Assembly: GCA_964536205.1 (NCBI GenBank)
Contig: CAZHVT010000003.1
Coordinates: 12,271 to 72,897 of the forward strand
Source of the DNA: an uncultured Gammaproteobacteria bacterium
GTDB lineage: Bacteria; Patescibacteriota; Patescibacteriia; Magasanikbacterales; GCA-002688135
Direction of reading: 5' to 3'
Length of the DNA: 60,627 nucleotides
The notes beneath the pieces are model-generated. The model was not told the DNA's origin and ran no database searches. It saw nothing but the letters and a program-made list of their open reading frames with translations. A program made the position numbers and the translations under genes. Of the stretch, positions 16,201-24,675 are shown one piece after another; the first letter of the stretch is position 1; each line of letters begins with the position of its first letter.

Positions 16201-16720
16201 AAGAAATTTATTGACGGAAATGTCTGGTCATGTTGGTGATGCGTGTTGGGCCAATTCAATTCCAAGTATATTGAAAGCACACCCAAATTTTGTTTCGTTT
16301 ACTTATACGGTAAATCCTGGTGATCCGCAGTTTGAGAAATTTGTTGGGGCTGGATTTTTGATTGAGACAAAATCAAAGAAGGGGGAACTTGTGCTTGTTG
16401 TTCGTGGGAATAATCCTATAGAAGGTTTTGTAAATGGTGTTGATGCTTTGGATTTGTTATATCAGACGGTAACGCATTTTGAATCAATTGCGGAGGCTCG
16501 TGAAATGAAATTGGCGATTGTGATGGATTATTCTGGAGGCGCGGGGACCAATCGTCCTGCTTTGCAAGGTGCGTATGATGTATTAAAATCGCATTTAAAG
16601 AAAGTTGAGTTGGCGTCGAATTTGGATACACAGTTCAATGGTTATGATATTCGAAATATAACTTTTTTGGTTACTTCTGTGGAAATCAAAAAATTGATTG
16701 ATGAGCGGGATGTAGGATAG
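13220..16720 (+). CDS. Large hypothetical protein (1166 aa), mostly alpha-helical, no recognised domain
   Basis: Long uninterrupted ORF; SD AAGGAGAGG 4 nt upstream. Confidence 0.6.
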   Translation: MDNPSDKPLVEPKVQPEAQETDVITNLDEAVEEFKGEKFHDFPEVLREVDPSLHPALFTRMLACKDPRTVGAIENIRAFQGITVDEALEELMQTKEAHWILRVLDRYPEIDVMKLVDSIIEHDEVRSIAYDIQNIDPKLHDAVATKMLAGGGTVLEIFDGQLDHKFQNLGMDKLQALYAYWVTQDGRTDRDKDVFVSILWENMESFAVPHSEIITFLRKHGLEQYIKNGISRFNMPFGRENGLWLLEVGGDRVQERLLHNAELFSDSVSREEIFNVWWPNTSRRRMLANNLLYFEEFLDDEKLRELVSQGYKDSVAELFLADPEGDKETAIQRCFEFGLSAALFKMKLRFRDVLSDEDLLGYLIADGEVQALMNGLVLRSADSTVERARGESRKIVIDPKIAASQLYDAGMFTILAARLRMFGDAVDHDDLAKRLLAEYDVKMEEYKERVTAAGIEDSLSREAKPDFHGSPLVKFYPQFQRLSSDTLLEIMSRGAANKVLTHRKNQPRILEDELIIPHEISKRVVDMLLETGQIDALATHIDQFDDTFDRNELAHKILDIKPITFVLGSRLEKWRGLRDDVARRLVGIGYPFELMRHADESFEQLSSGTIELVTDEAARDGHILAAVEFNEKHDSPNKILTRLYKAFGNQFSGDVYAGAVEILSGFLSDDAASLGVVEVGEQGLNQYVIGLRRLRHQFVAGRFDDEDFDSDLKLKWFASVVRYEDSEWGRHDMDSLRRLKDDFFKLYKAGELVEMPAGYESAIVQVGKIDREAVEAFEHSEGFLSRYQQLLGSIVEAWRLYGADSWREENKESEQSSGLNIMLENLKTKREDLLSKLHHKKVEIVESVRERGGDPVRAATGLNKRIEKLEGLDLDSISHPQKLFNVLRSYKGVFDEELRQIMFYFAFAKHEGQRDIDWGVFDQENPTMEDLSAVINFVDHITNQETLGEYFSDKTAAKNFKGLMHVGALEEEFKRWQEQASGLSGTRPLQITPQRNLLTEMSGHVGDACWANSIPSILKAHPNFVSFTYTVNPGDPQFEKFVGAGFLIETKSKKGELVLVVRGNNPIEGFVNGVDALDLLYQTVTHFESIAEAREMKLAIVMDYSGGAGTNRPALQGAYDVLKSHLKKVELASNLDTQFNGYDIRNITFLVTSVEIKKLIDERDVG

Positions 16721-16737
16721 GAAATTGTTGTTTTGTG

Positions 16738-16746
16738 TGTTATAAT
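16738..16746 (+). promoter_or_regulatory. Extended -10 promoter TGTTATAAT
   Basis: TGnTATAAT upstream of the small-membrane-protein gene. Confidence 0.4.
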
Positions 16747-16791
16747 TACAACAAAGGTCGTTTATTTATTTTTTACGACAGAAATATTTTT

Positions 16792-16998
16792 ATGAACAAT
16801 CTTCATAAAGTTACGTTTCTTTTACTTGTCATTGGAGGCTTGAATTGGCTTGCATTCGGCATTTGGGGAACAGATATCAGCCAATGGCTGGGCGGAATGG
16901 ATTCGCAAAACGCGAAAATCCTTTACGTGCTCGTAGGACTTTCCGCATTGTACGAACTCGTGCACCACAAGAAGAATGGATGCAAGTTGTGCAAATAA
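16792..16998 (+). CDS. DUF378-like small membrane protein
   Basis: LVIGGLNWLAFGIW motif typical of DUF378. Confidence 0.5.
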   Translation: MNNLHKVTFLLLVIGGLNWLAFGIWGTDISQWLGGMDSQNAKILYVLVGLSALYELVHHKKNGCKLCK

Positions 16999-17090
16999 TT
17001 TTCATGCTTGTACAAACAACCGTCATAGGGCGGTTTTTTGTTTGACATTGTGATGGGTGTGTGGGAGAGTTATATGTGACGGAGGTTGAT

Positions 17091-17192
17091 ATGCGTAGAT
17101 TGATGAAATTGTTTACAGATTGGTGGGGTTACTGTCACGAGTGTAAGAAGACCAAGCCTTGCAACTGTGGCGGAAGTTGGGATGGTAGTTAG
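17091..17192 (+). CDS. Small Cys-rich peptide (33 aa, MRRLMKLFTDWWGYCHECKKTKPCNCGGSWDGS)
   Basis: GGAGGT SD 5 nt upstream; hairpin + T6 terminator immediately after the stop; below the ORF-track size cutoff. Confidence 0.35.
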   Translation: MRRLMKLFTDWWGYCHECKKTKPCNCGGSWDGS

Positions 17193-17227
17193 TCATCCTT
17201 GGGTTCGGACATGTCCGAGCCTTTTTT
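17192..17227 (+). terminator. Terminator hairpin GGTTCGGACATGTCCGAGCC + T6, with a GTCATCC repeat-like 5' part
   Basis: Direct read. Confidence 0.6.
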
Positions 17228-17259
17228 ATTTGTCATCATACATGATATGATGTCGTTCT

Positions 17260-18054
17260 ATGATCGAAGTAATAATTTTAGGCGCAATTCAGGGGATTGC
17301 TGAATGGTTGCCAGTTTCAAGTGAAGGAATGGTTGTGTTGGTTCAGACTGTTTTTTTTGATGAAGCAAATTTTTCCGCATTAGTTAGTTTTGCGATTTGG
17401 TTGCATGTGGGAACTTTTTTTGCGGCGTTGGTGTATTTTTGGAAGGATGTTGTGCGATTAGTTCGTGGGTTGTTTTGTTATAAAAAATCTAGAAAGGAAA
17501 CACAGTCACTTTTACGGTTTTTGATTATTTCTACTTTGATTTCTGGTGGGATTGGATTTGCATTATTGAAAGGATTGGAAGGATTACTGGAGGGGATTGG
17601 TGCGCAAGTATTTTGGATTGTGATGTTGGTTGGTGTTTCTCTGCTCATAACTGGATATTTGCAACTGACTAAGAAAGTTAAGGGGATTCGTAAAGAAGGG
17701 GAGTTGTGTACAAAAGATGCGGTGATTTTGGGGATTGTGCAGGGGTTTGCGATCGTTCCGGGATTGTCGCGTTCTGGTTTAACTGTAGCTGCTTTGTTAT
17801 TGCGAAAGTTTCATGACGTGTCTGCATTGCGATTAAGTTTTTTGATGAGTATGCCGATAGTGCTTGGTGCGAATATTGTGTTGCAGGCTGGAGAATTATC
17901 TATCACAAAAGAATCGCTGATTGGATTGTTTGTAGCTTTTGTATTAGGACTTGCAACAATTCACGGGTTAATGATTTTTGCACGAAAAGTTAATGTGGGA
18001 TTATTTGTTTTATTGTTTGGAATTTTGACGATTGCTTCTGCATTTATTTTGTAA
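17260..18054 (+). CDS. uppP: Undecaprenyl-diphosphatase
   Basis: EWLPVSSEG and GLSRSG motifs; multi-TM. Confidence 0.8.
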   Translation: MIEVIILGAIQGIAEWLPVSSEGMVVLVQTVFFDEANFSALVSFAIWLHVGTFFAALVYFWKDVVRLVRGLFCYKKSRKETQSLLRFLIISTLISGGIGFALLKGLEGLLEGIGAQVFWIVMLVGVSLLITGYLQLTKKVKGIRKEGELCTKDAVILGIVQGFAIVPGLSRSGLTVAALLLRKFHDVSALRLSFLMSMPIVLGANIVLQAGELSITKESLIGLFVAFVLGLATIHGLMIFARKVNVGLFVLLFGILTIASAFIL

Positions 18055-18069
18055 ATGTGAATAAAAAAA

Positions 18070-18098
18070 GAAGACCGCGGCGTACCGCGGTCTTGTGC
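18070..18098. terminator. Hairpin AGACCGCGGCGTACCGCGGTCT flanked by an A-run (left) and a T-containing tract (right); probably bidirectional
   Basis: Direct read. Confidence 0.5.
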
Positions 18099-18263
18099 TT
18101 CATGATCAAACGGTCAACTGGGGGGTTTCCCGTTTACAAGGCGTCCTTATCTGCCTCAGTCAAAGTTAGCCAACCATTTCGCACGATGGAAGTATATATG
18201 TTTTGTTTTGTTGTGTCAATATGATGATAGCAAAAACAACCATCTCGAGGATGGTTGTTTTTC

Positions 18264-18332
18264 TCGGGGACAGGGATTCGAACCCCGATTGGATGCACCA
18301 GAAACATCAGTCCTGCCATTAGACGATCCCCG
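18264..18332 (-). tRNA. tRNA-Gln (anticodon CUG)
   Basis: Minus-strand cloverleaf: acceptor CGGGGAT/GTCCCCG, anticodon stem GATGT/GCATC with loop TTCTGGT, T-loop GGTTCGAATCC; CCA not encoded. Confidence 0.6.
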
Positions 18333-18357
18333 AATATGCGGAATAATACGTTATTTA

Positions 18358-19938
18358 TTACGAACCGTCAACAACTTTACCTCCAAATGTTTTGAGGACT
18401 TCTGCGACAGCTTTGTCTGATTCATCTGCTTGCGCCTCATTAACTGTTGTTTCGATGGTGATTGTTGTGTTGTATGTGTCTGTCAGGGCTTTGTGAATCA
18501 TTTCGCGCACTTGTGGTTCATCGATTCGTTTTTTGTGGAATTCGTAGGGGAATGAGAGGGTGAGTTTGTTTTGTTCGATGTTTGTTGGTTTGCATGTTTT
18601 GATGATGAGGGGGAGTGAGTGATTGTATGTGTGGAGATGTTCGATGAATGTACTCCAATTTTTTTGGATGGCAGGGAGTTCTAGTAATTCATTGTTTTGT
18701 GTCGTACTCTCGGGATCCTTCGACTTCGTTTCACTTCGCTCAGGATGACTCGTTGGTGCGGGTGCTTGCACGATTTCTTGATTTTTTGTTTTCTCGTTTT
18801 TTTGTTCACCAGATTTCTCGTTTTCTCGATTTTTTGATTTCTCGACAAAATTTTCAGCGCCAAGTGCGATTTCAACAGCAGACATTTCAAGCGGAAGATG
18901 AATAATGGGGGAGAGTCCGATTTCACGTCGTCGTTTTATTAAAATATCGAGTGTTGATAATAATCGATGAGTCTCTGTGCTATCTGCAATTTCTTGCAAC
19001 TTTTCTTTGTCTGTTGCATTGAAAAATGAATTTCCTACAGATTTTGTGGATTTGAGTAAAAGTAGTGCTCGAACAATGTCGATTGCGTCATCAATCACAT
19101 GGGGGATATTTGCTCCAGTTTCAATTATTTCGTGCAATGCTTTTAGGCTTTGCTGTGCTTCACCTTGTAATGCATGATTCAAATATGCGATGAGTTGTTC
19201 GTTTTTTCGGGTTGGTAATACAGCTTCTGCATCTTTTGATGTCACGGTTTTGTCTTTTGCGACTGCTATGATTTGTCCTAACAAGCTTTCACCATCACGC
19301 ATTGAACCTTGTGCGCGCCATGCAATGTGATCGAGGATTTCATCATCAATTGTTAAGCCCTCTTTTTTTAATAAGTCTGATAATCGATTTTTTATATCTG
19401 CTGATCCGATGTGTTTAAAAATGAATTGTTGGCATCGTGAAATAATTGTTGCGGGGACTTTGTGGGCTTCTGTGGTTGCCATCACAAAAATTGCATGAGC
19501 TGGTGGTTCTTCGATTGTTTTGAGTAATGCGTTAAATGCGCTGGCGGAAAGCATGTGAACCTCATCGATGATGAAGACTTTGTATTTTGAGGATGTTGGG
19601 GTGAAGCGCGCGTTTTCAATGATGTTTTCACGGACATTGTCTACGCCGGTGTGAGATGCAGCATCAATTTCAATGACGTCTATGGATTGTCCTTTTGCGA
19701 TGGTTGTGCAGCTTTCGCATTCATTGCACGGTTCTGCGGATTTTTCTTTTTTATTTTTACAGTTGAGTGATTTTGCGAGAAGTCGAGCAGAAGTTGTTTT
19801 TCCAACTCCGCGTGGTCCGCAAAATAAAAAAGCCGCAGCGAGCGAACCAGAAATAATTTCTTGGGTGAGTGTTTGTGAAACGTGGGGTTGTGCGATGAGA
19901 TCTGTCCATTGTTGAGGGCGGTGTGTTCGGTGAAGCAT
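18358..19938 (-). CDS. dnaX: DNA polymerase III subunit gamma/tau
   Basis: GPRGVGKTT Walker A, Cys cluster CKNKKEKSAEPCNECESC, clamp-loader motifs. Confidence 0.9.
   Translation of the reverse strand: MLHRTHRPQQWTDLIAQPHVSQTLTQEIISGSLAAAFLFCGPRGVGKTTSARLLAKSLNCKNKKEKSAEPCNECESCTTIAKGQSIDVIEIDAASHTGVDNVRENIIENARFTPTSSKYKVFIIDEVHMLSASAFNALLKTIEEPPAHAIFVMATTEAHKVPATIISRCQQFIFKHIGSADIKNRLSDLLKKEGLTIDDEILDHIAWRAQGSMRDGESLLGQIIAVAKDKTVTSKDAEAVLPTRKNEQLIAYLNHALQGEAQQSLKALHEIIETGANIPHVIDDAIDIVRALLLLKSTKSVGNSFFNATDKEKLQEIADSTETHRLLSTLDILIKRRREIGLSPIIHLPLEMSAVEIALGAENFVEKSKNRENEKSGEQKNEKTKNQEIVQAPAPTSHPERSETKSKDPESTTQNNELLELPAIQKNWSTFIEHLHTYNHSLPLIIKTCKPTNIEQNKLTLSFPYEFHKKRIDEPQVREMIHKALTDTYNTTITIETTVNEAQADESDKAVAEVLKTFGGKVVDGS
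18712..18749. repeat. GTCATCCTGAGCGAAGTGAAACGAAGTCGAAGGATCCC repeat inside the dnaX coding sequence (encodes ..SHPERSETKSKDPES..)
   Basis: Same repeat family as the intergenic copies; reading frame maintained. Confidence 0.7.
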
Positions 19939-19946
19939 AAATTTTT

Positions 19947-20064
19947 AGTAAAGCGTAATGAGTAAAGTGTAATGTGGGTAGCAGAGTCGCCATAGGCGAC
20001 ATATTAATACGTCGCCTATGGCGACACTTTTTTACTCGTTACGCTTTACTCATTACGCGTTACG
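19947..20064. repeat. About 118-bp compound palindrome between dnaX and the upstream gene: GTAAAGCGTAATGAGTAAAG arms, twin GTCGCC(A/T)TAGGCGAC palindromes, T6
   Basis: Direct read; likely terminator of 20060-20842 plus a regulatory region of dnaX. Confidence 0.6.
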
Positions 20065-20842
20065 AGTCGGCTTGTATTGTAACTGCTTCTCTTGTCTTGG
20101 TAAAGCTCTGTATCGTTTCTGTTGTGATATACTCGTTTGGTGAAGACTTAATTGCACGTTCGGCTGCGATGAGTTCTTCTTCGTTATCAATCTCAAGCCA
20201 GCCATGTCCTGAAATATCGCCGATGCGTACTTCGTGATTTTCGTTTGCAAGCTGTGCAAGAATTCCTTCTACGGCGATTGTTCCGTCTGAATCTTTATAC
20301 AGTTTGTTTGCGGTGTTTCGGTATAGTGAAAGTTTTGATTTGTCGATGTATGTCATTCCAACATATCCGTTTGTCCAGTGTGTGAGTTTTTTTGAAATTT
20401 CTTTGACGTTGTTTCCGTAGCGTTCAACTTTCATATCATCTGTTCCGAGTACTCGGTCTGTATCGCAAAATGCGGTGATGCCAAAACATTGTTTTTTGAT
20501 AATTGGTGCTATTGATCTTTTGTAAATGTGATCTGAATTTACGATAAGTATTGAATCATCTACATGAGGGAGCGCGGTCAATAATGTACCGAGATTTCCT
20601 TTTGTTACATCATCAATTTTTAGGAATGTTGTGTCTGGTGCTTTTTTGTCGAGATATGAGCGGACTTTTTCTGCTTCAAAACCCCCCACAACAATAATAT
20701 GATCCACGCCAATATCTCTCAAAAAATTTAATACATAATCAAAAAGAGGTCGGCCGTCCGCCTCAACTAATCCTTTTGTTCTGTCGTGTGTGTATGGTTT
20801 GAGTCGCATGCCGCGACCTGCTGCGAGTAGAATCGCTGTCAT
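20060..20842 (-). CDS. Sugar-phosphate nucleotidyltransferase (NTP-transferase fold)
   Basis: N-terminal LAAGRGMRLKP motif; Rossmann-like. Confidence 0.7.
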   Translation of the reverse strand: MTAILLAAGRGMRLKPYTHDRTKGLVEADGRPLFDYVLNFLRDIGVDHIIVVGGFEAEKVRSYLDKKAPDTTFLKIDDVTKGNLGTLLTALPHVDDSILIVNSDHIYKRSIAPIIKKQCFGITAFCDTDRVLGTDDMKVERYGNNVKEISKKLTHWTNGYVGMTYIDKSKLSLYRNTANKLYKDSDGTIAVEGILAQLANENHEVRIGDISGHGWLEIDNEEELIAAERAIKSSPNEYITTETIQSFTKTREAVTIQADS

Positions 20843-20878
20843 ATTTGAAATTTGGTAACTGGTAACTCGGATAACTAG

Positions 20879-21517
20879 TTACGAAATGATATTTTCAATC
20901 GCACCCCATTGAGACGGAGAATCTTGTGGGACGAGAATGATTGCGCTGTCTCCAACAGTTCCTTTATAAAATGTGACTGATGCTGTGAGGACGTTGTATG
21001 TTTTTCCGTCGACGTGCACTCCATATTGTTTGCTTTCTTGATCGTATACGATAATGCCTTGTAGTCGCGCGCGTTCAGTTGGTCCGATTTGTTTGAAAAC
21101 GTATGCGCCTAGTTTTGTGATAGTGAGTTTCATCATGTCACCTTCCACCAATTTTGATTTTGATGCGTAGTTTGGTGGGATGTTGTATCTTTTTCCGTCA
21201 GCCCCGATCATTTGTTGTCCATCGAAAACTCCTTCAATAATTGTTCCGTCGATTGGTTCTGCATCTTCAAGATTGATGGATGGTTTTGTGTTGAAGTTTG
21301 TTTGTGGTACAGAAGAATCGTCATCCAATAGTTTTGCGACATTTAATAGTTTGCTCGAAATATCACGAAGTGCCTCCCGAACAATTGTCATTTTTTGATC
21401 GTTTTGTTGTGGTGCTGGTGTTGTTGCTTCGGGCTCTTTTGTCTTTGTTGCTTCAAACCCAGAAAATGCCGCTCCTCCTAAAATTTCTGTGATTTTTGAA
21501 AATTGTTTGTTTTCCAT
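20879..21517 (-). CDS. Hypothetical protein (212 aa)
   Basis: ORF only. Confidence 0.45.
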   Translation of the reverse strand: MENKQFSKITEILGGAAFSGFEATKTKEPEATTPAPQQNDQKMTIVREALRDISSKLLNVAKLLDDDSSVPQTNFNTKPSINLEDAEPIDGTIIEGVFDGQQMIGADGKRYNIPPNYASKSKLVEGDMMKLTITKLGAYVFKQIGPTERARLQGIIVYDQESKQYGVHVDGKTYNVLTASVTFYKGTVGDSAIILVPQDSPSQWGAIENIIS

Positions 21518-21571
21518 ACGCTGTAAACCTTATACGAGATGAGTATGTTTGGCAAGGATTGAGAATCAAAA

Positions 21572-21600
21572 AAATATCCCCATTTCTGGGGATATTTTTA
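21572..21600 (-). terminator. Hairpin AAATATCCCCATTTCTGGGGATATTT + T-tract; terminator of the 21609-24593 gene
   Basis: On the minus strand the hairpin is followed by TTTTTTT. Confidence 0.65.
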
Positions 21601-21608
21601 TGTGATTG

Positions 21609-24593
21609 TTATTTGACTCCGCTACGTTGTTTAATTTCGCGTTCTACGATTTCGCGGTCGCGGCCGTAGGTAAGGCGAGAGATTTCGATGAGAGCTTCTC
21701 GGAGTTCGGGATCAGAATCTGGTGGGGGGTATGTTGCAATATTAAATGGTCGTGCTGCAGCTCCATCAACCATGAGTTTGATATATGCATTTCGTGCATC
21801 AATATTCATGAGATCGAATTGATTAAATGTTGGTGCAAATTCAGCTGCGAGAAATTCTGCATCTTCAACACCGACACGGAACGCGACTTTTGTTCCGACG
21901 TTACCGAAAATTGCGTCTTTGATCGCTGGCATTTCTTCTAGTTGTCCGATGTATTGATGGGCAACATTTAATATTAAGCGATATTTACGAGCCTCGGAAA
22001 GAATAGTTGCGACAGTATCGGTGAGGTAGTTTTGAAACTCATCGATATACATGTTGAAATCGACGCGCTGATCTTCTGGTGTGTCAGTTCTTCCGAGCGC
22101 TGCTTGAAGGATTTTACCGATTAAAATGAGTCCGAGTAGGTTTGAGTTTTTGTCGCCAAGTTTTCCTTTTGATAAATTCACCAACAAAATCTTTTTATTA
22201 TCCATGATGTCGCGCATGTCCAGTGAACTTTCTTGTTGTCCGATGATCGGTCGCATAATGTCATTGGAAATAAATTGATTGAGTTTTGTGGTGATGTAGG
22301 GGACCATGTTTTGTAGTGATGCTTCACCGCCAGCTTGTCCAGCTTCTTTAATCCAAAAATCTTTCACTACTTGAATGTTACACTTGGATAATTTGAAATT
22401 GCGGAATTCTTCATCAGCTAAAACTTTTGGAATTTCCATGATTGTGTTTCCGGATTCTGGGTGGGACATGTTGAGCAAGATCGCATTTTTTAGATACGTT
22501 TCAAACATTGGTCCGCCGGTCGCTTTTAGGTCGTAGAGACGATCAAGAATGTTGTAGAATTCATTTACGACAAACGCTTTTTGTTCTGGTTTTGATTCAT
22601 CAAATTCTAGAATGTTCATTCCCATTGGGCGGGCGGTATCTGCGGGATTGAAATATACAACGTCGTCAATGCGCTCGGGCGGAACCGCACCAATAATATC
22701 TTCTGCTAAATCTCCATGTGGGTCCATGATGCAAAATCCGTTGCCAAGTTTTACATCTTGGTTTGCCATGTTTGATAAAAGCGTAGACTTACCCACACCA
22801 GTCATACCAATAGCATACAGATGACGACGTCGATCTTTTACTTTCATGCGCGCATCAGTGCGAACTCTTCGATAAATGTTATAGCCTAGGGTTACACCTT
22901 CTGTAGCCATGTTTGGTGGAGGTGGTGCAGAACGTGAAGTGAGCCACTTAATATTTGGTACTTCCAAAAATGGTGTGGGGACATGCCACAAACTTGCCAA
23001 TTCTTCTGTATTTACTAACAGGTGTTTTTTGTCATCGTACTGACGATAAATAAATTGGTTGATGAGTTTTGCGGGTTTTTTTGGAACGTCAGCTTTAAAA
23101 GAATTTCCGACTTTGAAAAGTGTGAATTGGCTATATCCGGAAAGAACATTTTTTAAAATGATTTGTGCTGTGTTGTCTTGTGGGGCTGAAACAACGATAC
23201 GAATATTACAATCCAATCCTGCGCGAGATTGTTTTTCATCGATTTTTTTGATGGATTCTTGTCCCATCTGTGTGGGAGTATAGGATTCTTTTGGTCCTTC
23301 TTGTTTTGATTCACTTCCTACGCTGTATGAAATAGCTGATGATAAATGTGATCCAATTCCTTTTTTGCCTTGCTTCCCTTCAGAGATTTCTTTGCCAACT
23401 CGTTTTGAATGACCCCTCCATTTTTTATGTGCTGATCGTACGATATATTGAATTGCGACTCCTGCATCTTCTCCAACTTTTGTGAGAGGGGTTAAAATAC
23501 TGTTGAGTGGATCAGTTTCAGTTTCTTGATATGTTTTTATGGGATAGGTGAAAGATCTTGAGAATTTAAGGGCTGCCCCCAGAACTACATCCTTTGGTTT
23601 GAAAAAATTATAGTCATCGACTTCTTCGATTTGGATTGCTGGGTATTGTGCCTGCAATTGTTCTTCTATTGATGTTCGGATTCCTTTGGGAACAACAATG
23701 TAAAAATAAATGAGTCCGCCTTGTGCAACTATTTCAAAGGCTAAGTGATCTGATCGTCCAAACAGCCACGCAAAAAACCCTTTTTGCGCTTTCATATTTC
23801 CGATTGTGTTGAGGAATTGCTCTCCGATCGAGATTTGTGCGCGAATTGCATCTATACCGACGTCGCCAGCTTTGTCTTTCAATTGTTGCTCTTTTGGAAT
23901 GGTGATGAGTAGAGTTACAAGGTGGGCGCTTGGTCCGAAGTCATGTTTTCTTCGTAGGTTTCTGCGAACGATGACAACAAGCAGGATGATAGTGATGATT
24001 GATACTACAACAATCCCGCCGATTAACATGAGCTGATTCACGATATTTGTTGACTGGTTGCCAACTGTTTCTCCTGCTCCGTTAAATAATCCTCCTGCTT
24101 GAAATAACATTACTCCGAACAATCCAGGGGTTCCGTTATCCTCTTCGTGTTTTGAGATAAGTGCATCTGCGCGTTTTTTTGATTCTTTTTCAAGGAAGAA
24201 CTTGTTGACGCCTGGAATTAATTTGAGCCAGTTTGAAATAAGTTGTACGAATTTTTTGAATGATGTTTTTCCTTGATCGAGCATGGTTGAGATTTCACGT
24301 GCGACTTTTTCTCCTGTTGTGGCGAATCTTTCTTGTTCTTGTGGATTCATTTGTTCATAGTATTCTTCTAAATCGCGCGACAATAATTCCTCCACTTGTG
24401 TGTAGGTTTCATCGCCGAGCGCAGGGGTATCATCTGTTAGGATGGTTTTGGTGGGTGCGGTCGGTGTGTGTGTTTCGGTTTGTGTCTGTTCTTGCTGATT
24501 TTCTGATTTTTTTTCGATTTCTGGTTTTTTCGATGTTTCGTTTTCTCGTTGTGGGGGTTGTTCTGCAGGAATGAGATTTGGTGATTCAGACAT
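21609..24593 (-). CDS. Membrane-anchored P-loop NTPase of the FtsK-HerA / TraG-VirD4 (type IV coupling protein-like, DUF87-like) superfamily, 994 aa
   Basis: TM segment GGIVVVSIITIILLVVIV; Walker A IGMTGVGKST; Walker B MYIDEFQNY; C-terminal AHQYIGQL region. Confidence 0.65.
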   Translation of the reverse strand: MSESPNLIPAEQPPQRENETSKKPEIEKKSENQQEQTQTETHTPTAPTKTILTDDTPALGDETYTQVEELLSRDLEEYYEQMNPQEQERFATTGEKVAREISTMLDQGKTSFKKFVQLISNWLKLIPGVNKFFLEKESKKRADALISKHEEDNGTPGLFGVMLFQAGGLFNGAGETVGNQSTNIVNQLMLIGGIVVVSIITIILLVVIVRRNLRRKHDFGPSAHLVTLLITIPKEQQLKDKAGDVGIDAIRAQISIGEQFLNTIGNMKAQKGFFAWLFGRSDHLAFEIVAQGGLIYFYIVVPKGIRTSIEEQLQAQYPAIQIEEVDDYNFFKPKDVVLGAALKFSRSFTYPIKTYQETETDPLNSILTPLTKVGEDAGVAIQYIVRSAHKKWRGHSKRVGKEISEGKQGKKGIGSHLSSAISYSVGSESKQEGPKESYTPTQMGQESIKKIDEKQSRAGLDCNIRIVVSAPQDNTAQIILKNVLSGYSQFTLFKVGNSFKADVPKKPAKLINQFIYRQYDDKKHLLVNTEELASLWHVPTPFLEVPNIKWLTSRSAPPPPNMATEGVTLGYNIYRRVRTDARMKVKDRRRHLYAIGMTGVGKSTLLSNMANQDVKLGNGFCIMDPHGDLAEDIIGAVPPERIDDVVYFNPADTARPMGMNILEFDESKPEQKAFVVNEFYNILDRLYDLKATGGPMFETYLKNAILLNMSHPESGNTIMEIPKVLADEEFRNFKLSKCNIQVVKDFWIKEAGQAGGEASLQNMVPYITTKLNQFISNDIMRPIIGQQESSLDMRDIMDNKKILLVNLSKGKLGDKNSNLLGLILIGKILQAALGRTDTPEDQRVDFNMYIDEFQNYLTDTVATILSEARKYRLILNVAHQYIGQLEEMPAIKDAIFGNVGTKVAFRVGVEDAEFLAAEFAPTFNQFDLMNIDARNAYIKLMVDGAAARPFNIATYPPPDSDPELREALIEISRLTYGRDREIVEREIKQRSGVK

Positions 24594-24675
24594 AAACTAT
24601 GAATCAGGAAATATGAATCATGAATTATAGATTATCCATAGTATAGCATAAAAAAATATGTTATACTTGCTATCT

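Noticed and set aside
18100-18260. Possible ncRNA between uppP and tRNA-Gln
   Set aside because: No recognisable conserved motifs or stable long-range pairing found by eye; probably the promoter or leader region of the tRNA
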